From Rhizodiscina lignyota (Eukaryota): a DNA stretch of 64,000 nucleotides. Position 1 is the first letter of the stretch. Every line of letters begins with the position of its first letter. The translations under genes and the position numbers were made by a program. A model generated the notes under the pieces. That model was not told the origin of the DNA. It did not search any database and was given only the letters and a program-made list of their open reading frames with translations. Location of the stretch: assembly GCA_010015805.1 (NCBI GenBank), contig ML978125.1:186001-250000 (forward strand). Reading direction: 5' to 3'. This document shows, one piece after another, positions 1 to 10,930 of the stretch.

Positions 1-1589
1 CTCGGAACATGATTGAGCGAGCGCTCGAAACACACATTGCTTTGCTGCGGCCATTTCCGCCAACGAATGCTTCTTTTCTGGATGGCCGCTGTGTCACGAC
101 TAGCGCAGTCAGCGCCCAAGGGTCTCCACATCCATTCTGCGATTCATGTCGACCTCGTCGCTGCTGTCGCCGACGAATAAGTGAGTGAGGCGCTCAGGCC
201 AGGAAGGCGTTCAAGCCTGATTAGATTTAACGTCGTCCTGCTTCCCCGGCGCATTACGAGACATGCAGGGCAGGGAGCGTGAGGCGTGCGAGGCTTCACG
301 GAATCTACAAATCGGCACTACTTCAGAGGTACAGTGGGCCCTTGACCTCCGACTAGGCTGCGGGAGGCAGCTGTAGCTGCCGATCACGAGCATGGCCAAT
401 TGGGAAAACGTCGCCGCGAGTGCGCACCTCCGCAAAGCACAGCAGCTCGCTTCTTGCGATGGATGGCAAAGGCGCGTTCAAGGTTCATGTTCACGGCGTG
501 TGGAGAGCAGCAGAGCTCCCCAGCCCGCCGTGTCAGACCCCTGCGGTGCAGAGCAGAGCGCATTCTTAGCAGCGAAATTCCAGGGTTGGGAATTAGGAAT
601 GCCAGTGTCGGGCGCCCCTTTGACGGCGGGACGTTGGCAATTGCAAGCCGTCATTGCTGCTCGTGCGGTAGGCCCGCGGACTGCGTGCGTGCGAGCGATG
701 GGGAGGATGGGGGCGTCAGCGCGTTTGATTTCAATGCCTCCGCCCCTGCCCATCACGGCCGGCGTGAGTGGAGCTCTGGCTAAGGGTTCAGCAGCAGGCG
801 TGGCGCTAGCGCACGCCGGCCTTGGCACGACGTCATGTCTGGCGGCGCGATAGCTGCTCCAGCACGCTTCCCTACGCACTGATGCACAGCACGCACTTCC
901 TGCCTAATACCTTACGTCAATGTCTTATGGCCCTGCCCGCTGCCATATATTCTCCTAACGCCTCCCAAGCGGAGCATGATCTGCCCTTCTAAACCCAAAT
1001 GCTCCACAATTCACTCAAGCCGCCTCCAAGCATTCTGATCATTGCTCCTTCAAACGCTCCATCTCGCGCGTGAGCCAGCAACAGCCTGTTTCCGCCGCGC
1101 GACCGTGTCCTGTCATTTCGAGTGCGCGCCGTTGGCTGCTGCTCGATGATATCGCTCGTCACGGGGTCCTGATCAACTCGAGCTGCTCCATTCGTCAAAG
1201 CTTCGGCGCTGCGTGCCACCGCGTCACTCAATTGTCTGCCGGCCATTGGCCTTCGGCCTTCGTCACCGCCGTCTCCTGCCACTACTTCTGCTACTAGCGA
1301 CCCGACAACTCGGCAACCCGTTGAGCACATCATTACCGTGTTCGGCAACCACCTCCTCGGGACTACCCAGCTCAGGAGATCAAGGAAATCTCACTGCCCT
1401 TACCGTCCTTAAGACTGCTGATCCCGCACATCTGTCAACGTGCGATCGTCTGTCCCCACGTTTTTCTCTCTGCTGGCCGTGAATCTTGGTTCGGGACCAA
1501 CGTTCTGCTACACAAGTCAACAAACACTCCCCCAGCAACAACATCAACAAACACCACACGTCGATTCTTATCTACTCCATCCTTTTATC

Positions 1590-2768
1590 ATGTCAATGGC
1601 TGTCGAGAACCGGCAGCAGGGCCAAATGAACGGCCTGCCGTACGACACCATGCGCTACCAACCGCCGCAATTCACGAATCCGTGGGTGGCAGGAACGTCC
1701 GGCCCAGCTCCGAACGTGCTCTATGCCGGCTCTCTCGCGCCGTCGAGCGGGCCGCTAGATTCGCACCACCAATTGCGACCGGCAGCCCTCAATCTTCAGT
1801 ATCCTGGAGGTTCTGCAACGTCCGCTCCGCTTGGAACAGGTAGTGTTATCTCAGACGGGCCATTCGAACAGGCAGACTTACTTGGAGTATCACAAGATGT
1901 CTTGAACACATCAAGATCCTATGGCAGCCAATTCACTGCTTCCCCCTCGCCCAACACATACGCACCAACATCCTCTGCCGCATACCCAATGGATTATGGA
2001 AACCGGACGGCGAATTACGGTTTTGCACAAGATCCCGCCAGGCGCTCTTCTCACCCGTCAGTAAACTCTGCATCCATGCTAGGCATTTCGGAAAGCCCAA
2101 GGCAGCGCCAAAGCTCATTAATTGATTTCGACAGACTATCTGAGCAAGCTCAGCGCAACAGCTTCAGCGAAGCTCTCGAAGCAAGCCGCGGTATGGTCTC
2201 CATGAGTCAGGACATCACGCCTAGAAATATCTACGGTGACGCTGGCAATCGCAACTCGGTTGGCTCATACGGTTTCCCATCGACTCACTCCGCACACTCT
2301 TCAATCTCGTCCGCCAGCACTTATCCATCGTACTACAATGGGTCTGTTGGCGACTCATCCGTTACCGACTACAGCTCCGCCTCAGAATCCGTCGACTTGA
2401 ACTCGCGAACGCTACCTCGACCAACGAATTTGGTTGGCACCAATCTCCCACCAGCACCGCAATCGATGATGAGCCAATTCAGCTCCAAAGTCGCGTCCAG
2501 CTCGCAAAAGAAGCACAAGTGCAAGATCTGTGACAAGCGATTCACCCGCCCAAGCTCTCTTCAGACTCACATGTACAGCCACACTGGCGAGAAGCGTAAG
2601 TTTTCAATCCATGCATTCCTAGGGATCTACTAATCCGGTTTCAAAGCGTTCGCCTGCGAAGTTGAGGGCTGTGGCCGCCATTTCTCCGTCGTTTCAAATC
2701 TGCGACGACACCGCAAGGTGCACAAGAATGACGGTGATCATGACGATCACCCTTCTCCTGATGAGTAG
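1590..2768 (+). CDS. flbC: C2H2 zinc-finger developmental regulator, FlbC-like (exons 1590-2595, 2647-2768; 375 aa)
   Basis: ATG at 1590 and a GTAAGT...CTAAT...AAG intron at 2596-2646. The spliced C-terminus [55 protein letters not shown] matches the FlbC double C2H2 finger as I recall it. Confidence 0.9.
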
Positions 2769-5203
2769 CGGAACTTCTACTCACGAGACTCTTACTTCTA
2801 CTTCATGTCTCACTCGCATCATCATGGGTGCCCCTTTTTCATGAGATACCAATTCTCATGCTTCAGAATCTGCATGAGAGTCACGAACTTATTGAAGCCG
2901 ACCAGTCGAGGCTTCCACTTTTAATATCCGGTCGCTACTGATACCCTAATTCGCTTTTTCGCGCCACGCGCCCGACTTGTACATCACGAGATCGGTTCCA
3001 GGGAGGTTTGCATTTTGCATTGCGATTGAGCTGGTTTTTCTGATGGCGAAGATACGGGGTTGATCTGGCGGTCCCTTTTTGATATCTCGACCGGCAACTG
3101 TATTACTACTGTACTTGTACGTTTTCACCTGGGTTTTTATTTTCTCTTCTGGCGATTATTCTCGATCTGGTCTATTCGGGATCTGTCGCTGTCGACAAGA
3201 GATGCTTAGAGAGCATGGGACACGACACTGGAGGATTGTACGGCCGCGTTCAGCACGATACACACTGTACGATAGGAGATACTTTGCTACCGACATAGAC
3301 TCGACGAGGCAGTGGACTTTTTGGCAGCTCTATCAAGCGCCATCACGCTCGTTGCAGACTGAATTTCAACAAGCCTATCCAATCGCCTTGTCCCACCATT
3401 AGGAATCGTCTTCGCGCATCACTACTCACCAGCGCGTCATCTCTTCATCGTGTCAAGTCCACGAAACGTCACAACATTGAACTGTCGGCAGCAGGCTGCC
3501 GACGGCTGAAGCTAAATGTAAGCCGATGGCGTCATTGGCGTCACAATGTCTAAGGGACTGCCGATCATCTGCAGGGTAGGAGGATGGGGCGCACCTGTGG
3601 GCGGGCGGGCAGGCGTGGGGCCAAAAAGCGAACGAAAAAGATTGCCCTGAGACAAGCAGGACCTTGTCCAAAAAATCATGGTGGGTGGGTAAGGAAAAAG
3701 CTTGGGCAAAACTTGGACGGCAGGCTGGCTTGGTTGTGATGGAGGTGGCTGCTTGGGCGTTCCGGAGTGGAGGCCATGGCACTTGATAGGAGACGGGGAG
3801 CAAGAAGGAGCTAGGGAGAACTGAGTTAGGGCCGGTGTAACGTTACATCGGCGATTGAAGATGCTGGGATGGTTGTGGAGCGGGTGTCGGTGGTGGAGGC
3901 AGTAGGCAAGAGACGCAGGGCAGGAAAATGGCGTCCGGAGAGGCGTTTCATGTTGTCGAGCAGTGGCCAGTTTGTGGGCTGTGGGCAGGCCTCGCAGTCG
4001 CACTGTGCACTCCTTGGCCGGCGGGCCAGGGTGCTTGCTTGAGCTGCTTTGCTGGTGCTCCTGCAAGCCTTGGAGCTCCCCGCGATTGATTTGAACGAGA
4101 GTAGGACTGCATTGGGGAGAGGCCAGTGGCGAGTGAGTAAGATCGTGACACGCATTTGGCCGACTGCAAAGCGTCCTTGCGGTCATACGAGGAGGCCGCA
4201 TGAAATCCTGCTTTTGCGGTTCAGAATTACGGGTATGCACAGCTGGTGATGGAAGTGGTGGCAAAAAGCTTTCCATAAAGGTGTAGCTCGAAAGCTCTCC
4301 AAGCTGTCAACTTGTCAAGCTTGTCATTTGAAGCCCGACCGGATGCAGGTCGAGAGTCAAGGGCCTCGAGGCACATCCTGCAAGGGTAATCAAGGGCCGA
4401 ACTGCCTGCAGAGTGCAGAAAGGTGCTGCTTGGCTGCTGCTCAACCTGCGCGGTCCCTTTTCGACTATCTCTGAAAAGGAGGAGAGCAATTGGTTTGGTA
4501 ACAGATTTATCGACGCTTCGCGGGGGTTGATGCTTGCTCGAGCACACCCTGTCACTGTCCCTCTCCCGTTCCGCGGCTTGGACCCTGCATATTAGATGGA
4601 GATGTGAGGCGGGCAAGCTCCTCTGCACCTGGCAAGTGGAGTTTCCAACGGTTGTTGTTGGTGGAAATCCACGACAAGACGGAGCTCTTCCGGAGTTGAC
4701 AATAAACATCAAGAGCAGTATTGGAAGGGGCTGGGCAAGATTGCGCATGAAGCGGAGATCTTTGACGCGCTGGGTAGGCGCGTAGGTAACATGTCAGATG
4801 CACCACGTCCTGCCGGAGCATGCATTGTATCTGCTCGTGACAACGTTCGCGAGAAGAGCGGTGGGCAACCACGACATCAGAAGAAGAAGCGCGATTCCTG
4901 CGGACCCCTCGTGGTGAACATGTCAGATCCCCATATTGATCCTGCGCACGCGGCTCTCCCTCTCACTTCCGGCATGAAACGTGTACATCGATTCAGCAAC
5001 AGGGAAGAAGCTTGAGATTGAAAGATGCACTAGCACTTCGTTTCCTGGCGTGCGGCTCAAGCGACAGCTATCACCTCCACATTTATTGGAAGAATGGAGA
5101 CTCTCGAATCGCTGTCGATATCAAGTGGAACCATTGGACATCCACGTCCCTTCCCAAACAACTGGCAAATGGTCGTACCATTGATTGTCGATTAGCGCAA
5201 TTG

Positions 5204-6230
5204 CTAAGCACTTTTCCTTGCTATTACTCTCAATCGCACGTAGCCCATCCATTGGCTACCATCTTCAGTTCGAGTGATTATTCCATCAAGCAAATCAGCC
5301 ACCCATCTCACGACGTCGTCTTTCTCCTTCTGCGTCTTGAATTTATCCAGAAATGGCGCACACATCAGCTTCAGCCAGCCTTCTAAGCCCCCTTTTCCAT
5401 CTTCTGTCTTTGGGGTTAGCTTCGTAGGTCTGTACTCAGTCTCTAGCTTCTCCACGACCAGTCCGACGTCCTCCAGCGTCTTCCGCATCCATGCCTCGCT
5501 CGGGAAGAACCACGGCGATGCTGCGTGCGCCTCTGCCGTCGGTATGCCGCGAGCTATCAGGCCTGCGACCATAGCCGCATGGATTTCGGCGCAATTGCCG
5601 GCACCGCCCATTTCAAAGACGAGAACTCCGTCGGGTTTCAGCGCCTCCCGAACAGCCTCGAAGACAGACGCTTTTGGCTCTGCATAGCGGAGGATCCAAT
5701 GTAACGCTGCGTTAGAGAACACTTTGTCCCAGCTGCCATTGAGAACATCGGATGGCGCACTCTTCAACAATGCCGCGCAATCTTGAACGCGGTACGTGCA
5801 GTTCGACGATGCCGACTTCTCCTGGGCCGCTTTGATCATGGATTGTGAAGCATCCAGGCCCAGAACCTGCCCAGAAGGCACCATGGCCGCAACCTGAGCT
5901 GTGAGAATACCATCTCCACACCCAATATCCAGGATTCTGTCAGTCGGACGTGGGGCCAGATACTGGACCACCGTGCTCGTCAGTTTTGGGACGAACGATG
6001 CCGCCGACGAGTATGCCTGCGGGAGGGTGTGATCAGCACGGGCATCGAGATGTGACGAGACAGCTCATCTTGCATGAACGCTTTGCAGAATCTTATGAAA
6101 AAAAATGTCCCGACAGCACGGGTATTAAAGTCTGAGCGAAAAGGGGAAAACCGTTGAAATTAACATGGCCCGATTCGGAGTAAAGTACGCACCGCGGAGG
6201 TAAACGCACCGCGGATGACCAGTGGTCCAT
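5204..6230 (-). CDS. Class I SAM-dependent methyltransferase (exons 6230-6210, 6016-5204; 277 aa)
   Basis: Motif I (ILDIGCGDG), the DKVFSNAALHW motif and LKPDGVLVFEMGG. A micro-exon MDHWSSA is joined through a GTGCGT...CTGAT...CAG intron to AYSSAASFVPKL. Confidence 0.9.
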
Positions 6231-6305
6231 GCTACGCTATCGTGTCGCCGTTGTGACGAAGGTGTGGGCTACGATGTCTAATAGTAACGTGGTGCAGGAA
6301 GGACG

Positions 6306-7076
6306 TCAGGCGGAGGGCGGTAGGAGTGGGTGGAGAGACTCGACGGACGGTGTGTAGAGAGAGAATACGGTATCTTTAAGGAGGTGAGGAGTCGAAAAGA
6401 GCGCCGATGGCGGAGTAGTTAGGTGGGTGGCAGCTTGGCAGATCACGGCAAAACTGCGGCGGAGCGATAGCCCCTTCGTACTATCAACCTCGCCTACTGG
6501 GAAGATGTCGTGTAGGATGATGGATCTGAGCAACCGGCGTTCGATGTGAAGGAAAAGTAGGATAAACCCAGCTGGTGGAATACTTGGAAAAAGGTTGCTC
6601 TGATCAGGATGGCCCGGGTGTTGAAGATTAGGATAATCGCGCGTCAATTCCTCTGAACATCGACCAGGATGCCCAAAACGTGTTTGGTGTCACTTGCGAT
6701 TGATTGCGGTTTTGAAAGCTTCAAGGCTGGTTTGATAATGCCATCAAGTTAGGTATTTCGAAGACTTTAGCACTGCCGTCCCTAATTTCGAGATACAGTT
6801 TGCGGATTCGTATGACTTTGAGGTGGATTCGTCGCGCTCGTTCAGAAAGAGTGGATTTACTTCCGAGGGTGAACATAATGGTGTTCGGAGTCGTGGTTCG
6901 ATCTGGTTTTCGTTTTTTTGGTTTCGTTTTCATTTGGTTTTGATTTTGGTTTTGCCATCTGCGTTAGCCTTGAGCATTTGCTTAGTCAAACAGGCTGAAC
7001 ATGAACAGATTGCTTGCAAATGCTCAAGTTGACGGGCGACGCTGCGGGGAAGTGTAGATCGGTCTTTGTCGCCCAT
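6306..7076 (-). other. Possible orphan or degenerate coding sequence (ORF fragments 6306-6647 and 6721-6933 plus an upstream ATG)
   Basis: Short same-strand ORFs and a GCTAAC...CAG acceptor near 6960. No recognisable domain, and I could not build a continuous gene model. Confidence 0.2.
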
Positions 7077-7089
7077 TTGAATAGAGTTC

Positions 7090-7245
7090 CTAATACGTCT
7101 GCTCAGGGCGAGGCCCTTTGCTCGTGTCCTAGGCCTCTAGTATGTCTGCTCCAGGCCGAAGCCTTTCACTCATGCCCTGAGGGCTTTTATTGAGGATACT
7201 CTAGCATGCCTGATCCAAGCCGAAGCTTTTCACTCATGCCCTGAG
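7090..7245. repeat. Three imperfect ~45-bp direct repeats
   Basis: ctaatacgtctgctcagggcgaggccctttgctcgtgtcctagg (from 7090), ctagtatgtctgctccaggccgaagcctttcactcatgccctgag (from 7137) and ctagcatgcctgatccaagccgaagcttttcactcatgccctgag (from 7201). Confidence 0.75.
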
Positions 7246-9250
7246 TTTGCGGGTTGCTTGTGCATCCTGGTTTTGTGGCCTGAAAGCTTCCCGAAACATT
7301 TCTTGCAGTCCTCACAGTAGCCATGGGCCTTCTTCTTTGGCTCACCGCAGTGGGAACAGTTCTCCATGGTGGCCTTGGTGGCCTTGGTGGTATGCTGGTC
7401 TGCTCTGTGGTGTGAAATGTGCCCGAAACATTTCTTGCAGTCCTCGCAGTAGCCATGGTTCTGCTTCTTTGGCTCACCGCAGTGGGAACAGGTCTTAAAG
7501 GTGATATGCTTGCCTCCTTTGTGGCTTGGAAGGTTCCCGAAACATTTCTTGCAGTCCTCGCAGTAGCCGTGTGTCGGAGTCTTCGGGTTACCGCAGTGAG
7601 AACAGTTCTCCAAAGTGGCATGCTTGGTTCTTCTGTGGCGTGGAAGGTCCGAGACATAAGTTTTGCATTGCTCGCAGTAGCCATGGGCCGACTTTAGGTG
7701 AAATGTCTTCTGACAGCCATTACAAGATCGACCCAAGCCAACTTTAAGCATGCAGGCGGCTAGACGGCAGCACCATCGCTCGAAGGGCGACTTGGGATCT
7801 AATATCCACTTGGCTTGGCCTGGCCTTTGCTCCTAAGTAGCTCCACAGGCGACACATTTACGTCTACTACGTTCGGAAGGACACGCTTGGAGGAACTGAG
7901 ATGTACCGTTTAGGCCGCTCCAAGATATAGCGGGGATATCTGGATTTCTGCAGTATCTTACGAGCCTATATGACTCTAGATTTCTCTAGCGTTTATCTTC
8001 GCCGCCCTTATCCTGATACGCCGAGGTGTGGTCAGAGAGTAACTTCTCTAGGATTAAGATCGACTTCGTAGAGGAATCGCTTAGGAAAACTCTACCAATA
8101 CGAATATGGGGATAGTTATTCTTATTGGTATATGCTTTCGTGTGCGATGATTCCTAAGAAGATTTGCCCTTCTCTCTTCCCTGGACGTAGTCGCAGCACC
8201 GTCTATCTATGCCTTTTTTACTAGTTGCACTGCCGGTATATGTGTCTAGTTTACTATTCGGGTACTCCAGCCAGTCGAAATAAACGACTTTCGCTGTTGT
8301 GAATAGCTATAGACGTCCTTTCCGGTTGTCTGTTCGAGGTATGCGAGACTTCGGTATCGCCAACAATTCTTCTTTCGTCCACAGGCTAGTACCGCCGAGA
8401 ATCTTCTGGTTATATATAGGTATGACCTCAAAGTATGTCTCTAGCAAGCTATCAATCGCGACCTGGGATAAACTAGCTAGCCTCTATATCTAGCGCTCTA
8501 GCATGGGCTCCTCGTAGGGTTTATCTAGTATTTCACAGACTGCCCGTCTTTTCTTTAGGTCCTTCGCAAGCTCGTAATGCCTCTCGAGGGAGAAGCGGAT
8601 CTATTAGCGAAATCTAACGACGTCCGGGTCTAATTATAAGTCAGTCTTCCTATATATTTGGGTATACGATAAACCTCTACACGGGCGTAGTAACAATATA
8701 GTATCCTCGCTCTGGGCAGTTTAAGGGTATGGTGAGTAAAATTCAAGGGTATGGAATGATTAAAGTTTCCTTTGAGACGCAGTAATATACGCAGAAGGGG
8801 AAAATAGATAACTGAATAAGATCCGGAGTGCCTAGTGGGAGGGCCGTAAGGGGTTTCATTCTTGGTCATGAACGAAAAGCTAATGAATGTTCTGTGCAAG
8901 CTGGTGCGTGATTGCGTAGAATAGAAGAATTATATTGATCTGCCCTATGGACAATGGACATTTGCAACAGCTTACCGTCTTCAGAGATGAACTCCGCTAA
9001 CGCGGGATCATCCTCCTCGTCCGACAACCAGGCATAGTCGCCGTCTTCCGCCTCCGGTTCCTCCTCTTCCTCTGCTTCCGCATCTTCCTCATCTTCCTCA
9101 TCGTCGTCATCGTCGTAGTCGTCGTCGTCACTGAAGAGACCAAGCTCTTCGAGCGTCTGTAGGTCTATCGAGTCTAAGACCTCACTCGCGTCCTCATCTT
9201 TCGTCAATTGGCGCGAAGCCTTCCGTTTCAAGCTGCTCGACTTTGCCATT
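7230..9250 (-). pseudogene. RIP-inactivated gene: GIY-YIG-like endonuclease plus tandem zinc-finger repeats, with a probable acidic N-terminal exon at 9250 to ~8976
   Basis: The frame of ORF 7230-7751 continues upstream to ~8630 with no frameshift. It is interrupted only by TAG/TAA codons (first bases at 7835, 7988, 8156, 8309, 8486, 8492, 8603, 8606). Read-through gives VVYFDWLEYPNSKLDTYTGSATSKKGIDRRCCDY...ILILEKLL...WSGLNGTSQFLQ, then CVAC..W..CC and four CxxC-HGYCxxC-H-H repeats. Linkage of the acidic 5' exon is inferred, not resolved. Confidence 0.75.
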
Positions 9251-9299
9251 TTGAATAGTAAAAAATCAAAAAATCGAAGAATTCTTTTGCTTGAACGAT

Positions 9300-10157
9300 T
9301 CAACGCTTAGATGACAATGGCACAGAGATTCTACAGAGACAGCCTACCGTACGGACAATCACGATTGACATCTTCTCGCTATCACCTACCTCGCCAGCTG
9401 CTAGACTCATCGTTCGCGTAGGCTGACCAAATGGTACGAGCCATCTACTCATTGCTCGTGCATACATGATACCAGCATGGTCAAAATATCGCCTCATCGC
9501 TTCAAATTGCATGTATTGGAACGAATCTGGGAGGAGCGGCGATAACCGTCAGTCATATCCAATGGCAGTGGGCCGCCCAGACGTTCTTGTAGCATCGTGA
9601 CTTCCTTCCACGAACTCTTGAGGAATCCCGTCCCGTCTGTGAAGACGCTCATAGCTAGTGAAAGAAAAGCGATCGCTGCTCGTGCATTTTCGTACAAACA
9701 CATATCGTGATCCAGGGCCTTCAGATATTCATGGGAAATAGAACATTGAGGTAACCCAAAATGCTGCTGTCGGACACGAGTACTGGATGCAGCGAGTATG
9801 CGCGTAAATATGCTCCTGCCTCTTGCCATAGAGACTAGTGGAATCCAGAGCATCGCCATGGCGCTAGTGTCTCAGCACCAGATGGGTGGGTCTGTTGGTC
9901 TGAAATTGCGGTTGTTCAGAGGGAAGGCACACCCGCACATATCCAGTTATCCACAAACTCCAATGCAGTATAGCAACTGCAGAGTAAGTAGGCATACAAT
10001 CCATGAAGAAGAATTGAATCGCCTCATTCACGAGTATTGCTGTAAATTGCTGTTTCCATATTGTATAGGCTCGGGGGTTTTTCTCGAGGCGGATGGCTCT
10101 CAGCGGTATCTCCACGCAAATGGAAGTCACGAGCGTCCGAGGCAATGATCGATCCAT
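9300..10157 (-). other. Probable multi-exon orphan gene or relic
   Basis: Three consecutive minus-strand ORFs (9864-10157, 9494-9859, 9300-9512) with plausible splice signals such as CTGAG...TAG near 9864. No domain recognised. Confidence 0.3.
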
Positions 10158-10585
10158 CTGCGGTAGCCTGGGCTCGGGTAGGCCTACCTAAACTTTAATG
10201 TCAGAATAGCGTAGTATGTAGGTAGATATATGTAGAATCGAGGCCCACGATAGTCTGGTAGTACTCCGTACACGTCGCCACAATGACCTCCTCCTTCACC
10301 ATCAACGGCCGGAATATCAATATTTATATATGTAAAAAATCTCCTTACCATGCTAATCCCGGGATTTCATTCTTATACATGCCCGTCTCATTCTCATCAA
10401 CGGTCCGTCAAATCGTTAAATCATGACCAAGATGTCTTTCAAACATACTGCGTTCTTGAACAGAACAGCTTATTTAGCGTTCATTCTACAATCATTAATA
10501 CAATTGCATTCATGTTTCCGATTTTCAATTCCCGTTCTCCTTTACCTCTATACTCATCTCACTCAGTAACCACAGTAATTCAATC

Positions 10586-10930
10586 ATGCTAATGAGAGGA
10601 CAGAATCACAGCGAGCCTGCGCCGCCCGCCCCCAAGACCGCCGCGCCCGCCCCCAAGACCGCCGCGCCCGCCATCAGCGAAGCGGAGAAGCAGCGGAAGG
10701 AAAAGAAGAAGGAGAAGACCAAGAAGAAGAGGGAGAAGAGGAAGGAGAAGATGAAGCAGAAGCAGAAGGAGACGCTGGAGGAGCTGGAGAAGATCAAGGC
10801 GGACAACGCCCGGCTCCGCGCCGCCACCTCCGCGCCGCCCGACACCGAAACCGCCGAGTCATTCGCGGTTGGCGAGGCTGAGCCAACGAAAGTCCTGCTT
10901 GGGGGGTATCAAGTTTCACGGGAAGATTGA
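10586..10930 (+). CDS. Small Lys/Glu-rich coiled-coil orphan protein (may have an upstream exon)
   Basis: 114-aa ORF with strongly G/C-ending codons (AAG/GAG/GCC) inside AT-rich flanks, and a GCTAAT...CAG acceptor at its 5' end. Confidence 0.4.
   Translation: MLMRGQNHSEPAPPAPKTAAPAPKTAAPAISEAEKQRKEKKKEKTKKKREKRKEKMKQKQKETLEELEKIKADNARLRAATSAPPDTETAESFAVGEAEPTKVLLGGYQVSRED
10624..10672 (+). repeat. 21-bp tandem repeat, about 2.3 copies (encodes PAPKTAA)
   Basis: gcccgcccccaagaccgccgc twice, plus a partial third copy. Confidence 0.9.

Noticed and set aside
211..879. Overlapping 74-153 aa ORFs on both strands upstream of flbC
   Set aside because: No domain or coding-like composition; most likely chance ORFs in a GC-rich promoter region.
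3453..4872. Minus-strand ORFs up to 254 aa (e.g. 3512-4276) downstream of flbC
   Set aside because: Low-complexity Pro/Ser/His translations with no motif. An antisense transcript is possible but unsupported.
7187..7684. Alternative-frame 165-aa repetitive ORF over the zinc repeats
   Set aside because: A shadow of the tandem repeat; the Cys/His frame is the one continuous with the upstream nuclease.
7090..7725. Repeats considered as a CRISPR-like array
   Set aside because: Eukaryotic context, coding or degenerate repeats with no unique spacers, and no cas genes.
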